Shown: positions 31,324 to 42,384, counted from the stretch's first letter. The stretch: 64,000 bases of DNA from an uncultured Planctomycetota bacterium (GCA_963737655.1 CAVTTN010000002.1:6336001-6400000); one strand, 5' to 3'. Translations and numbers: made by a program. The notes: generated from the sequence alone by a model not told the origin.

Positions 31324-32316
31324 TCAGGTGGCCGCCGGGGTGGACGCCGCGGGCCGGGGCTGGCGAGCCATTCTCCGGGCCCGGGTCCCGTCTCGCCAGC
31401 CCTCACGGGTGGCCGCCTGGACTTGACGATACAGGGACCACTCGCGAGACAGTTGACCGTAGCGGCGGACCGCCACGGGAAACATCAGCAGCCCCGGCCG
31501 GTGGGGCATCCCCACCAGGGTCAAATACATGTACCGCCACGGGCGGAGGTGGGGCGGCGACCACCGGCCGAGGATGAAGGCCTGGTTATACGCCGGATTC
31601 ACGCACTTCATCATCAGGTCCCCGTGCCGGCCGGCCACGTACGCCGTGTTCGAGGGGTAATGATCGACGAGGTTGCCGAAGTCGAACACGACGCGGAAGC
31701 CCCGGGCCGCCACCTGGAGGCAGGCGTCCATCTCGAAGCTGTTCCAGTACGGCCTCAGGGCGTCCTCGAACCGATCGAACGCGGCTCGGCGGAGGCTCAT
31801 GTTGTAGCCGACCAGGTGGCTCACATCGCGGGGGGGCCGGGACTGCCAGGAGACGTCCTGGTCGTACATGTTCCCATGAGATTGGCCGTACCAGCTCAGG
31901 TGGCCGATCGGCTCGCGAGAGCGTCGGGGGAACGGCGAGCCGTCGGCGAAGTAGTCGTCGGCCGGTCCGCCGACGGCGCCGATGGTGGGGTCGTCGTACA
32001 TCGCCAGGTGACGCCCGAGCCAGCCCGGGCGGGGCACGGCGTCATCGTCGATCAGGAGGATGATTTCGCCCGAGGACTCGTCCAGGGCCCGGTTCTCGGC
32101 CGGGACGATCGCCGGCTCGGCCTGGTGGAGGACGCGGAGCGGGTAGGGCACGGCCCCGACCTTCGACTCGGCCGCGTCCCGGGTCGGGGTGTCGTCCCCC
32201 TGCCAGACCACGAGCACCTCGTCCGGGCTCGGATCCTGAACCGCCAGGCCCTCCAGGCACTGGAACAGGCGATGCGGCCGGCGATAGCTCGGGATCAGGA
32301 CGCTGGCGGTGGGCAT
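31324..32316 (-). CDS. Glycosyltransferase family 2
   Basis: SVLIPSYRR, LLIDDD, GYNMSLRR. Confidence 0.9.
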   Translation of the reverse strand: MPTASVLIPSYRRPHRLFQCLEGLAVQDPSPDEVLVVWQGDDTPTRDAAESKVGAVPYPLRVLHQAEPAIVPAENRALDESSGEIILLIDDDAVPRPGWLGRHLAMYDDPTIGAVGGPADDYFADGSPFPRRSREPIGHLSWYGQSHGNMYDQDVSWQSRPPRDVSHLVGYNMSLRRAAFDRFEDALRPYWNSFEMDACLQVAARGFRVVFDFGNLVDHYPSNTAYVAGRHGDLMMKCVNPAYNQAFILGRWSPPHLRPWRYMYLTLVGMPHRPGLLMFPVAVRRYGQLSREWSLYRQVQAATREGWRDGTRARRMARQPRPAASTPAAT

Positions 32317-32466
32317 AAGCTTGAGAGGCCGGGGTTCCAGTCGGGCAAGTCATCGCCGGACCGAGTTTCGCGATCCACTACGCGGGAATTGGCCATGGCC
32401 GACATCCTAGCAAGGACGACCCGATCCCGGCAACGACTCAGCCCGAAACCCGGGCCGTTTCCCGGA

Positions 32467-35400
32467 TCAACCCAGGAGCATCCCGGCATAGCCGACGACC
32501 CGGCCGGTGTCGCCGCTGACCTCGGCACTCGTGGCGTACCCTACCCGTTCCATCTTCTCCAGGCCGCCTAGATCCCGCAGGGTCTCCATCACGATCACCG
32601 CGGGGAGGACCCCGCACATGCTGATGTTGTGCTCGGTGACCGTGGCCAGGAGCCGGGCCGGGTCGAGCGTCTCCATCGCCTCCAGGGCGATCTCGTCGAG
32701 CCGACGGGTCTCGCCGTCGTTGGCGAAGTGGTTCATGTCGCTGGAGATCAGCAAGAGGGGGGGCGTCGGCAGGCGACGGACGACCTGGGCCAGCCCCCGG
32801 GCGAACTCGCGGCAGCGGTCCAGGCCGCCCCCGCCGACGACGATCCCCACCACCCTGGCCTCCGGGGCGAGCCGGGCGATCCAGGGCAATTCGACCTCGA
32901 TGGCGTGCTCGTCGCGATGAGCGGCGGCGTCCAGGTGGAGCCCGGGGATCGCCTCGACCAGGGACTCGGCCAGCGAGCGGTCCGAAGCGATCGTCGCGCC
33001 CGGGATCGACCACGACTCGTGGGGCGAGACGGCCCAGGCCACGCCCTGCCTCGTGTGCTTCGGGCCGATCACGATCACGGTCTCGGGGATTTCCAGGCGG
33101 TTCAGGACGGCGGCCGCCAACGATCCCGAATAGGCCAGCCCGGCGTGCGGGACCATCGCCGCCGGCCACGGCCCGGGCTTCCGCCCGGCCCGGCCGAGCC
33201 GGTCCTGGACCATCCTCGAAAGCTCGTCGGGGTCGGCCGGATAGAACTTCCCGGCCACGGCCGGGCGCCTGGCGGAGCGGTCGTCGATCGGCCTGGGCGC
33301 CGAGCGGATGACGACCCGGCGGTCGGTCGTCAGCGTGTCCAGGGTGTAGAGGCCGGCCGAGGCGGGGTTCAAGACGTCGAGCTCGCGGAGGGCCGTCCGG
33401 AGCAGCTCGTCCGGGGTCTCGGCCGGGTCGAACGCCCAGGCCGTCTTGTCGCCTTCGAGGAGGAGCAAGGCCCGTCGCGACGGGTCCACTCCGCGGAGGT
33501 CCGGCTCCAGGACGGTCCCATGCATGGCCGGGTCGCGGAACAGGCTGACGCCGACTCGGATCGCCTCCGGCGCCGCCCCCGATCGCCGGACGACCTCCGC
33601 CGCCTGCTCGCAGAGCCGGAAGATCGACGCCTGGAGCGGCATTCCGGGCCGGAACGAGAGCTGAAAGACGTGGATCGGGTCGGCCGAGCCCGGGAGGGTC
33701 AACGACAGGGCGAGCCCGGCCACGTTGCCGTCGCTCACCCCGTAGGCGTAGAACTGAGGCGTCCCGCCCCGGACCAGCGCCACGAGGTTCGTCCTGGCGA
33801 GCTCGGCCAGAGCGCGGAGGTCCGAGGCCGAGAACGACGAGGCCGTCCCCTGGCCTTCGAGGCTCGAGACGTCGAACGGCCCGCCGAATTCGTCGGATTC
33901 GAACGTGAACAGCGAGGTTTCCTGGTCCTCCCAGGCCGTGGTGGGCAGGCCGGCCTTCCGGCAGATGCCTCGGAGGTACGACTCGGCGTCCCAGCCGTGC
34001 TCGGTGGGGACGCTGGGCAAGAGCAGGCCCGACGCCCCCCCGCGATGGATCCGCAGGCCGTGGCGGCCCACCTCCACCGCGTCGATCCGGTCCCGGCCCG
34101 TCGCGGTCATCGGCCGGAGGTCTTTCAGGAGGTTGACGCTGAGCTCCAGGTAGGGCAACTCCGAGGCGGAGATCGGCGGCAGGCGGTGGTCCTCGGTCGC
34201 CGTGATCGTCGCGGCCTGCGCCAGGGCGTCGCTCAGCCTCCGGGTCTCGCCCAGGGTGCCGCAGCAGGCGCGAAGCTGGCCGTTCTTCTTCAACGTCACG
34301 TAGGCCCCGATCACCGGGAACCCGGCCGAGCCGCCGAGCGAGGGGTCGGCCAGCTGGACCGGCCGATCGAGCACCCGGGAGGCCACGACCTCGGCCGCCG
34401 CCGAGAGGATCGCGCCTTTCATCGGGTCGGTCAGGGCGGTCGAGGCGGTCTCCGTGGCGGTCGTCATGGTCGGGCTCCGTCCGATCTGGTGAACCGGCGG
34501 CCCGGGATCGGGCGAGGGCCGGGCGAACTGGCGGATCTCGACCGGCAGCCTCTTGCGGCCCCACGAACCCGGCCGATCCGCGAACCTCCCGGCGATCCGT
34601 CCGCCGCAACTCCCGCACCGATCGCCCTTCAGGTTGTAAGTCCCCAGATCATACCAGTTTCGCTCGATCACCAGGGCCCGGCAATGCGGGCAGTACGTGC
34701 TCTGATGCTTCACGTCGTCCACGTTGCCGGTGTAGACGTACTTCAGGCCTTCCCGGACGGCGATCGACCGGGCCTCGATCAGCGTCGAATGAGGCGTCGG
34801 CGGGCGGTCCCTCATCCGGAAATCGGGGTGGAACGCCGTGAAGTGGACCGGCACCTCGTCGCCCACGTGCTGCAAGATCCAGCCGGACATCCTTCGGATC
34901 TCGTCGGCCGAGTCGTTGGCCTCGGGGATCACCAAATTGGTGATCTCGAACCAGCAATCCGTCTCCTTCTTGAGCCATTCGAGGGTGTCGAGCACGGGCT
35001 GGAGGTGCGAATAGGTGATCTTGTGATAGAACTCCTCGGTGAACCCCTTCAGGTCGACGTTGGCGGCGTCCATGACCTCGAAGAAGGGGCGGCGGGCCTC
35101 CGGGGTGATGTAGCCGGCCGTCACCGCGACCGTCTTGACCCCGGCGGCGTGGCAGGCTCGGGCCGAATCGATCGCGTATTCGGCCCAGATGATCGGATCA
35201 TTGTACGTGAAAGCCACGCTCCGGCAGCCGAGTTGCCTGGCCGCCTCGGCGATGGCCTCGGGCGTCGCCTCGGCCGAGAGCCGCTCGACTTCCTTCGACT
35301 TCGAGATGTCCCAGTTCTGGCAGAACTTGCAGCCGAGGTTGCAACCGGCCGTCCCGAACGACAGCACGCTCGTCCCGGGATAGAAATGATTGAGCGGCTT

Positions 35401-35640
35401 CTTCTCGATCGGATCGACGCAAAACCCGGTGCTCCGGCCATACGTCGTCAGGACCATCTCGTCCCCGACGTTCTGGCGGACGAAGCAGAACCCGCGATCC
35501 CCCGATTTCAGGCTGCAGGCGCGGGGGCAGAGGTCGCAGACGATCCGGCCGGTCTCCGGGTCGTCGTGCCACCAGCCGCCGGGCAAGAAACCGTCCGGGC
35601 GAAGGCCCGTCCGGGGCGGGTCGAGGACCGTCCGTGTCAT
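32467..35640 (-). CDS. amrS: AmmeMemoRadiSam fusion: radical SAM (AmrS) + AMMECR1 (AmrA) + MEMO1 (AmrB)
   Basis: DPIEKKPL, CNLGCKFC; LRACCG, EDHRLPP, LLLPSVP, KAGLP; RRPAVAGKFYP, PHAGLAYSG, EHAIEV, SSDMNH, MCG, VVGYAG; one uninterrupted ORF. Confidence 0.92.
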   Translation of the reverse strand: MTRTVLDPPRTGLRPDGFLPGGWWHDDPETGRIVCDLCPRACSLKSGDRGFCFVRQNVGDEMVLTTYGRSTGFCVDPIEKKPLNHFYPGTSVLSFGTAGCNLGCKFCQNWDISKSKEVERLSAEATPEAIAEAARQLGCRSVAFTYNDPIIWAEYAIDSARACHAAGVKTVAVTAGYITPEARRPFFEVMDAANVDLKGFTEEFYHKITYSHLQPVLDTLEWLKKETDCWFEITNLVIPEANDSADEIRRMSGWILQHVGDEVPVHFTAFHPDFRMRDRPPTPHSTLIEARSIAVREGLKYVYTGNVDDVKHQSTYCPHCRALVIERNWYDLGTYNLKGDRCGSCGGRIAGRFADRPGSWGRKRLPVEIRQFARPSPDPGPPVHQIGRSPTMTTATETASTALTDPMKGAILSAAAEVVASRVLDRPVQLADPSLGGSAGFPVIGAYVTLKKNGQLRACCGTLGETRRLSDALAQAATITATEDHRLPPISASELPYLELSVNLLKDLRPMTATGRDRIDAVEVGRHGLRIHRGGASGLLLPSVPTEHGWDAESYLRGICRKAGLPTTAWEDQETSLFTFESDEFGGPFDVSSLEGQGTASSFSASDLRALAELARTNLVALVRGGTPQFYAYGVSDGNVAGLALSLTLPGSADPIHVFQLSFRPGMPLQASIFRLCEQAAEVVRRSGAAPEAIRVGVSLFRDPAMHGTVLEPDLRGVDPSRRALLLLEGDKTAWAFDPAETPDELLRTALRELDVLNPASAGLYTLDTLTTDRRVVIRSAPRPIDDRSARRPAVAGKFYPADPDELSRMVQDRLGRAGRKPGPWPAAMVPHAGLAYSGSLAAAVLNRLEIPETVIVIGPKHTRQGVAWAVSPHESWSIPGATIASDRSLAESLVEAIPGLHLDAAAHRDEHAIEVELPWIARLAPEARVVGIVVGGGGLDRCREFARGLAQVVRRLPTPPLLLISSDMNHFANDGETRRLDEIALEAMETLDPARLLATVTEHNISMCGVLPAVIVMETLRDLGGLEKMERVGYATSAEVSGDTGRVVGYAGMLLG

Positions 35641-35720
35641 GGTAGGAGACCAATCCGGAAGGGAGGGGAGGTTCGAGGCTCACCCTCATTTTAGGCGGCG
35701 AATCGGCGAGAATCAGGGAA

Positions 35721-35788
35721 GCGGACCGAAACGCAGATTACGCAGATTAAAATTCTTTTAAATCTGCGTAATCTGCGTTTCTGTCCGC
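35721..35788. repeat. REP-like inverted repeat (cgcagattacgcagat type)
   Basis: gcggaccgaaacgcagattacgcagatt / aatctgcgtaatctgcgtttctgtccgc. Confidence 0.85.
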
Positions 35789-35812
35789 CTTTTGATCCCA
35801 GGGGTGCCGGGC

Positions 35813-37162
35813 TTACTGGTGGATTGAGAAGCCCTTGCGGTAGTCGCGGCGGATGAACTGATCCGCGTTGGAGTTGTTCTTGGCGCGGAGGTTGGCGGCG
35901 TCCCATTCGATCTTGGTGCCGGCCTTCAGGGCGACCACGCCGAGGAGGACGGTCTCGGTCAGGCGGCCGGCGTAGTCGAAGTTGGAGAGGGCCCGCTTGG
36001 GCTCGTTGTTCTGGATCGCCTGGACCCATTCGGTGAAGTGGCCGGGGGACTTGGGCAGCTCGGACTCGGGCTCCTTCACGTCCTTGAACTTGTCCTTGGG
36101 CAGGAGGGTGTGCTCGGCCCCGTAGTCGTTCTGCGAGTAGAACGAGCCCTTCTCGCCGACGAGCAACAGGCCGGAGCCGGACGGCTTCTCGCCGTGGAGG
36201 AGGTCCTTGTACAGCCTCTTGTCCTCGGGGAGGTTCTTGCCGCCGTCGTACCAGTTGAGGGTCAGCGGGGCGCGGTTGCCCCTCTGGCCGAACTGGGTGC
36301 GGATGATCGACCAGGTGGGGTAGCTCGCGTTATCGACGATCCCCGAGGTGTCCACGACCTCGACGCTCTCCGGGTCGAACAGCTCCAGGGCCATGGCGGC
36401 GACGTTGATGGTGTGGCAGGCCATGTCGCCCAGGGCGCCGGTGCCGAAGTCCAGCCAGCCTCGCCAGGCGAACGGCTGGTAGGCGGGGTTGAACGGGCGG
36501 TCGTGCGCCGGCCCGAGGAACTCGTACCAGCGGACGTTGTTGGGGACGCCCGGGGTGCTCGTGGGCTTGGCGATCCCCTGGGGCCAGATCGGGCGATTGG
36601 TCCAGACGTGGATCTCCTTGATCGGCCCGAGGAGGTCCGATCGGATCAGGGCCACGCCCTTGCGGAAGCCGTCGGCGGCGGTGCCCTGGTTGCCCATCTG
36701 GGTGCAGAGCTTCTTCTCGGCCGCGAGCTCGCGCATGAAGCGGGCTTCCTCGACCGACCAAGTCAGGGGCTTCTGGCAGAAGCAATGCTTGCCCATCTTC
36801 ATCGCCATGACCGACGCCGGGGCGTGCGAGTGGTCGGGCGTGGAGACGGTCACGGCGTCGATCTTGTCGCCGAGGTCCTCGAGCATCTTGCGGTAGTCGA
36901 AGTACTTCTTGGCGTTGGGGTACTTGGCCCCCATCTTGTCCAGGGTGTTGGAATCGACGTCGCAGATGGCGACGAGCTCGCCGTGGGAGCCGGCGTCGTT
37001 GGTGTCGCTGTCTCCCTTGCCGCCGATGCCGATCGAGGCGAACCGGACCTTGTCGTTCGGCCCGGGGCGGAGCGACCGAAGGTAGGCCGGGGCCCGGCCC
37101 GGGAGCATCGGGACGGCCGCGCCGACGGCGGCCTGGCCCAGGAACTGGCGGCGATTGGTCAT
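35813..37162 (-). CDS. Tat-exported Gfo/Idh/MocA oxidoreductase
   Basis: MTNRRQFL, IGIGGKG, STPDHSH, CQKPL, GDMACH. Confidence 0.92.
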   Translation of the reverse strand: MTNRRQFLGQAAVGAAVPMLPGRAPAYLRSLRPGPNDKVRFASIGIGGKGDSDTNDAGSHGELVAICDVDSNTLDKMGAKYPNAKKYFDYRKMLEDLGDKIDAVTVSTPDHSHAPASVMAMKMGKHCFCQKPLTWSVEEARFMRELAAEKKLCTQMGNQGTAADGFRKGVALIRSDLLGPIKEIHVWTNRPIWPQGIAKPTSTPGVPNNVRWYEFLGPAHDRPFNPAYQPFAWRGWLDFGTGALGDMACHTINVAAMALELFDPESVEVVDTSGIVDNASYPTWSIIRTQFGQRGNRAPLTLNWYDGGKNLPEDKRLYKDLLHGEKPSGSGLLLVGEKGSFYSQNDYGAEHTLLPKDKFKDVKEPESELPKSPGHFTEWVQAIQNNEPKRALSNFDYAGRLTETVLLGVVALKAGTKIEWDAANLRAKNNSNADQFIRRDYRKGFSIHQ

Positions 37163-37397
37163 GAGCAAGCTTCCCGGAAGAGAAGAAGACGGTGAGGGCC
37201 GGCGTCCGGGCCCGAGTGCCCCAAGGATGCCACGCCCCGGACCCCTCCGCAAGAACGTGGCGGCCGGCGCGCCGATCGGCCCGCGCGGAGGACTGACATC
37301 GGGCGGCCGTCGCGGTACAATGCCGGGGACATCGCCGGATCGTGCCCGCCTTGCGGATCGCCCTCCCACCCGTTCCCGAAGCGACGGTCACCCTCCC

Positions 37398-40300
37398 ATG
37401 AATCGCCCCCCTTCTCGCTCGCCCCGAATCGGGCGCGGCCGATCGTGCCGGTGGCTCGCGGCAGTCCTCGCGTCCCTCGCGACGCCGAGCCTCGCGGGAG
37501 AGCCCTCGGCCCGGACGATCGACTTCAACCGGGACGTCCGGCCGATCCTCTCCAACTTCTGCTTCGCCTGCCACGGCCCCGACGCCGGCAAGCGCAAGGG
37601 CCTGAGCAAGCCCTTGAGGCTCGACACCGAGGAAGGCGCCTTCGCCGACCTCGGCGGCCACTCCGCGTTCGTCCGCGGCAAGCCGGAGGAGTGCGAGGCC
37701 CTCGAACGGGTCTCGACCGAGGACGAACAGCTCGTCATGCCGCCGAGGAAGACGGGCAAGAAGCTCACCGGGAAGGACGTGGAGACCCTCACCGAATGGG
37801 TCAAGCAGGGCGCCCCGTATGCCAAACATTGGTCGTATGTCGTCCCCACCCGGCCCCCCCTGCCCAGCGTCCGCGACGCATCATGGCCGAGGAACGCGAT
37901 CGACCGCTTCTTGCTCGCGAGGCTGGAATCCGAAGGCTTGCAACCCTCGCCCGAGGCCGACCGCGAGACGATGATCCGTCGAGTGAGCCTGGACCTCACC
38001 GGCCTCCCGCCGACCGTGGACGAGGTGGAGGCGTTCGTCCGCGACGACCGGCCCGACGCCTATGAACGGCACGTCGATCGCCTGCTCGCCAGCCCCTCCT
38101 ACGGCGAGCACTGGGCCCGGATGTGGCTGGACCTCGCCCGCTACGCCGATTCCAGCGGCTATGCCGACGACCCCCCTCGGACCATCTGGGCCTATCGCGA
38201 TTACGTGATCCGATCGTTCAACGCCAACAAGCCTTTCGATCAGTTCACGATCGAGCAGATCGCCGGAGACCTCCTGCCGAACCCCGCCGACGACCAGCTC
38301 GTCGCCACCGCGTTCCACCGCAACACCCCCACGAACAACGAGGGCGGCACCAACGACGAGGAGTTCCGCAACGTCGCCGTGGTCGATCGCGTGAACACCA
38401 CGATGGCCGTCTGGATGGGCACCACGCTCGCCTGCGCCCAGTGCCACGACCACAAATATGATCCCCTGGCCCAGAAAGAATATTTCGGCATCTTCGCCTT
38501 CTTCAACAACACCGAGGACGCCGACCGGGGCGACGAAAGCCCCCTGCTGAGCGTCTTCAGCGACGAGCAGAAGACGCAGAAGGCCGACTGGACGGCGGAG
38601 GTCGCTCGCCTGGAATCGACGCTCCGGACCTCCACCCCCGAACTCGTCGCGTCCCGGGAAAAGTGGGAGCAAGGGCTCGGGTCCGAACTCTCCTCGAAGC
38701 CGCTCAGGCCCAGGACCTTGACGAGTCAATCCGGAGCGAAGCTGGAGGCCGGCGAGGACGGCTCGATCCGGGCGGAATCGAAGGCGAAGACCGACGTGTT
38801 CACGATGGGATCCGTCCTGGACGGCCGAAAACTGACGGCCTTGAAGCTCGAGGCGCTCGCCGACGACGCCTTGCCCGGCAAGGGTCCGGGATATGCGGGC
38901 GGGAACTTCGTGATTTCGAGGGTCTCGGCGACGATCACGCCGCCGAAGGGCACGGAGGTCTCGGGCCGGTTCGTCCGCGTCGAGCTTCCCGGGCCGAAGA
39001 AGCTGCTCTCGCTGGCCGAGGTCCAGGTCTTCCGCAAGGGGGAGAACGTCGCGCCGAAGGGCGAGGCCCGGCAGATCAGCACCGCGTTCGGCGGGACGGC
39101 GTCGAGGGCGATCGACGGCAAGACCGACGGCCGGTACTTCGAGGCGCTCTCGACCACCCACACGCTCGACGCCGACGATCCGTGGTGGGAGGTCGATCTC
39201 AAGGGCGAGGGGCCGATCGAGAAGATCGCGATCTGGAACCGGACCGACGGCGGCCTCCAGTTCCGCCTGAGCGATTTCCGAGTGGTCGTCCTGAACGAAA
39301 GACGGGAGCCGGTCTGGTCGCAGACGATCGCGAAGGCGCCCGACCCGAGCGTCGAGCTCTCGCCGAGCGGGGCGAAGGAAATCCGCTTCGCGGCGGCCCT
39401 GGCGGACTACTCGCAAGCCTCCTTCGACGCCTCGAACGTCCTGAACAACGCCGACCCCGCCAGCCGCGGATGGGCGGTCGGCGGAGGCGTCGGCAAGCCC
39501 CATGCCTTGACGCTCCTGCCCGCCAACGCGATCGAATATGAGACGGGCTCGACCCTTTCCGTCACGATCGAGCAGGCCTCGAAGTTCGAGAACCACACCC
39601 TCGGCCGGTTCCGGCTGTCGATCTCCGACGACGATCGCGCCGGCGAGTTCGCGAGACTCCCCGAGAGCCTTCTCGCGATCGTGAGAACGGCCCCGGAGGC
39701 CCGGAGCGACGCCCAGAAGGCCGAGCTCTCGCGGTTCTACCTCGCCGAGGTCGCCCCCGAGCTCAAGCCGTCGCGCGACCGACTCGCCGAGGTCAAGAAA
39801 TCGCTCGCCGCGATCAAGCCGACGACCACCGTGCCGATCTTCCGCGAGTTGCAGGGCAATGCGCGGAGGAAGACGAACATCCAGGTTCGAGGCGACTTCC
39901 TCAGCCTCGGCGCCGAGGTCTCGGCGGGCGTCCCCGAGGCGTTCCACCCGCTGCCCGAGGGCGCCCCCCGCGATCGGCTGGCCCTGGCCCGCTGGCTCGT
40001 CGATCCGAAGAACCCGCTCACGGCGCGGGTCCTGGCCAATCGCACGTGGGAGAGCCTGTTCGGCATCGGCCTGGTGGCCACGAGCGAGGAATTCGGGTCT
40101 CAGGGCGAGCTGCCCAGCCACCCCGAATTGCTCGACTGGCTGGCCACCGAGCTGGTCGCGAACCATTGGGACCTGAAGGCCTTCCTGAAGCTCCTGGTCA
40201 CGTCGGCGGCCTATCGGCAAGGCTCGAAGGTCACGCCCGACCTCGAATCGCGAGACCCGGACAACCGCCTGCTCGCCCGAGGGCCCAGGTTCCGCCTCCC

Positions 40301-40910
40301 CGCCGAGACGATCCGCGATCAATCGTTGTTCGTCGCGGGCCTCCTGAGCTCGAAGAGCTTCGGGCCTCCGGTGAAGCCCCCGCAACCGGCCTCGGGCCTG
40401 AGCGCGGCGTTCGGCGGGGGGATCGACTGGGAGACCAGCAAGGGCGAGGACCGCTATCGTCGAGGGATTTACACGACATGGAGGCGATCGAACCCTTATC
40501 CCTCGATGACGGCGTTCGACGCCCCGAATCGCGACGTCTGCACCGTCCGCCGGACCAGGACCAACACGCCCCTTCAGGCGCTCGTCACGCTGAACGACCC
40601 GGTGTACGTCGAGGCCGCGCAGGGGCTGGCCCGGAGGATGGCGGCGGCCGGTTCGACCCCCGGCGATCGCGTTCGGAGCGGCTTCCGGATCGGCCTGGCG
40701 AGGAACCCGACCGACGTCGAGGCCGATCGGCTGGTCCTCCTGTACGAATCGGCCCGCGAGGCGTTCGCGAAGGAGCCGGAGAAGGCCCTCAAGATGGCCA
40801 CCGACCCCCTCGGGCCGTTGCCGAGAGGGTCCGAGGCCGCCGACCTCGCCGCCTGGACCGTGGTGGCGAACGTCCTGCTCAATCTCGATGAAATGCTCAT
40901 GAAACGATAA
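37398..40910 (+). CDS. PSD1 / planctomycete cytochrome c protein (DUF1549-DUF1553) with an F5/8-like insert
   Basis: DFNRDVRPIL...CFACHG, YGEHWARMWLD, CAQCHDHK, PSHPELLDWLA, TNTPLQAL. Confidence 0.92.
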   Translation: MNRPPSRSPRIGRGRSCRWLAAVLASLATPSLAGEPSARTIDFNRDVRPILSNFCFACHGPDAGKRKGLSKPLRLDTEEGAFADLGGHSAFVRGKPEECEALERVSTEDEQLVMPPRKTGKKLTGKDVETLTEWVKQGAPYAKHWSYVVPTRPPLPSVRDASWPRNAIDRFLLARLESEGLQPSPEADRETMIRRVSLDLTGLPPTVDEVEAFVRDDRPDAYERHVDRLLASPSYGEHWARMWLDLARYADSSGYADDPPRTIWAYRDYVIRSFNANKPFDQFTIEQIAGDLLPNPADDQLVATAFHRNTPTNNEGGTNDEEFRNVAVVDRVNTTMAVWMGTTLACAQCHDHKYDPLAQKEYFGIFAFFNNTEDADRGDESPLLSVFSDEQKTQKADWTAEVARLESTLRTSTPELVASREKWEQGLGSELSSKPLRPRTLTSQSGAKLEAGEDGSIRAESKAKTDVFTMGSVLDGRKLTALKLEALADDALPGKGPGYAGGNFVISRVSATITPPKGTEVSGRFVRVELPGPKKLLSLAEVQVFRKGENVAPKGEARQISTAFGGTASRAIDGKTDGRYFEALSTTHTLDADDPWWEVDLKGEGPIEKIAIWNRTDGGLQFRLSDFRVVVLNERREPVWSQTIAKAPDPSVELSPSGAKEIRFAAALADYSQASFDASNVLNNADPASRGWAVGGGVGKPHALTLLPANAIEYETGSTLSVTIEQASKFENHTLGRFRLSISDDDRAGEFARLPESLLAIVRTAPEARSDAQKAELSRFYLAEVAPELKPSRDRLAEVKKSLAAIKPTTTVPIFRELQGNARRKTNIQVRGDFLSLGAEVSAGVPEAFHPLPEGAPRDRLALARWLVDPKNPLTARVLANRTWESLFGIGLVATSEEFGSQGELPSHPELLDWLATELVANHWDLKAFLKLLVTSAAYRQGSKVTPDLESRDPDNRLLARGPRFRLPAETIRDQSLFVAGLLSSKSFGPPVKPPQPASGLSAAFGGGIDWETSKGEDRYRRGIYTTWRRSNPYPSMTAFDAPNRDVCTVRRTRTNTPLQALVTLNDPVYVEAAQGLARRMAAAGSTPGDRVRSGFRIGLARNPTDVEADRLVLLYESAREAFAKEPEKALKMATDPLGPLPRGSEAADLAAWTVVANVLLNLDEMLMKR

Positions 40911-40926
40911 TCGCGAGGCCCCGCCG

Positions 40927-42384
40927 ATGGACCCCCTCCTGGAACGCACCCAGATCCGCACCCGCCGTCACTTCTTCCGCGAGAGCACCGCCGGCCTGGG
41001 CGGGATCGCGCTGGCGTCCCTGCTCGCGGACGACGCCCCGGCCGACACCGCCCCTCCGGCCGTGGTCGATCCCCTGGCGGCGAAGCCTCCGCACTTCGCC
41101 TCGAAGGCGAAGCGGGTCATCTACCTCCATCTGACCGGCTCCCCGCCGCATCTCGACCTGTTCGACTACAAGCCGGAGCTCGTCAAGAGGACCGGGCAGG
41201 ACTGCCCCGACGCCTTCCTGAAGGGCAAGCGGTTCGCGTTCACCTCGGGCGTGCCGAAACTGCTGGGGACTCCCCGGAAGTTCGAGCGACACGGCGAGGG
41301 CGGCGTGTGGCTTTCCGACGCCGTGCCGAATTTCCACGGGGTCGCCGACGAGCTCTGCGTGATCCGGTCCATGCATACGGATCAGTTCAACCACGCCCCG
41401 GCCGAATTGCTGCTCTACACGGGTTCGCCGCGAGGCGGAAGGCCGTCGATGGGGACGTGGGTCACGTATGGCCTGGGCACGGAGAACGCGAACCTTCCCG
41501 GGTTCGTGGTGCTGATCTCCAGCGGGGTCCAGCCCAACGGCGGGAAGAACTCGTTCGGCAGCGGGTTCCTGCCGTCGGTCTATCAGGGCGTGCAATGCCG
41601 GTCCATGGGCGACCCGGTCCTGTACGCGAGCGACCCGGCGGGGATGGACCGCCCGATGAGGCGGATGAGCCTCGACGCCCTCCGCGACCTGAACGAGATC
41701 GAGGGCCGGGCGCTCGGCCATCCCGAGACGGCCACCCGCATCGCGCAATATGAACTGGCGTTCCGCATGCAGATGTCGGTGCCCGAGGTCATGGACATCT
41801 CCCGGGAGCCGAAGAACGTCCTCGAAGACTACGGGGCCCAGCCCGGCGGCTCGAGCTTCGCGAACAATTGCCTGCTGGCCCGGCGGTTGGTCGAGCAGGG
41901 CGTGCGGTTCGTCCAGCTCTTCGACTGGGGCTGGGACTTCCACGGCACCGGCGCCGGCGAGGGGCTGACCGACGGCCTCACGAAGAAGTGCGCGACGATG
42001 GATAAGCCGGTCGCCGCCCTCCTGAGAGACCTGAAATCGCGGGGGCTGCTCGACGAGACCCTGATCGTCCTGGGAGGCGAGTTCGGCCGGACCCCGTTCC
42101 GCGAAGGGAGGACCGCCGGCTCGGCCGTCCTCGGCCGCGACCACTTCCCGGACTGCTACTCGATGGTCCTCGCCGGGGCGGGCGTGAAGGGCGGTTTCAC
42201 CCACGGGGAATCGGACGAGCTGGGGTTCTCCGTCGCGAAGGACCCGGTCCACGTCCACGACCTCCAGGCCACGATCTTGCACTTGCTCGGCCTGAATCAC
42301 GAGCGGTTGACATATCGATTCCAGGGGCGCGACTATCGGCTGACGGACGTTCACGGGAAGGTGGTCCGCGAGGTCCTGGCCTAG
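40927..42384 (+). CDS. DUF1501 family protein
   Basis: [43 protein letters not shown]. Confidence 0.93.
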   Translation: MDPLLERTQIRTRRHFFRESTAGLGGIALASLLADDAPADTAPPAVVDPLAAKPPHFASKAKRVIYLHLTGSPPHLDLFDYKPELVKRTGQDCPDAFLKGKRFAFTSGVPKLLGTPRKFERHGEGGVWLSDAVPNFHGVADELCVIRSMHTDQFNHAPAELLLYTGSPRGGRPSMGTWVTYGLGTENANLPGFVVLISSGVQPNGGKNSFGSGFLPSVYQGVQCRSMGDPVLYASDPAGMDRPMRRMSLDALRDLNEIEGRALGHPETATRIAQYELAFRMQMSVPEVMDISREPKNVLEDYGAQPGGSSFANNCLLARRLVEQGVRFVQLFDWGWDFHGTGAGEGLTDGLTKKCATMDKPVAALLRDLKSRGLLDETLIVLGGEFGRTPFREGRTAGSAVLGRDHFPDCYSMVLAGAGVKGGFTHGESDELGFSVAKDPVHVHDLQATILHLLGLNHERLTYRFQGRDYRLTDVHGKVVREVLA

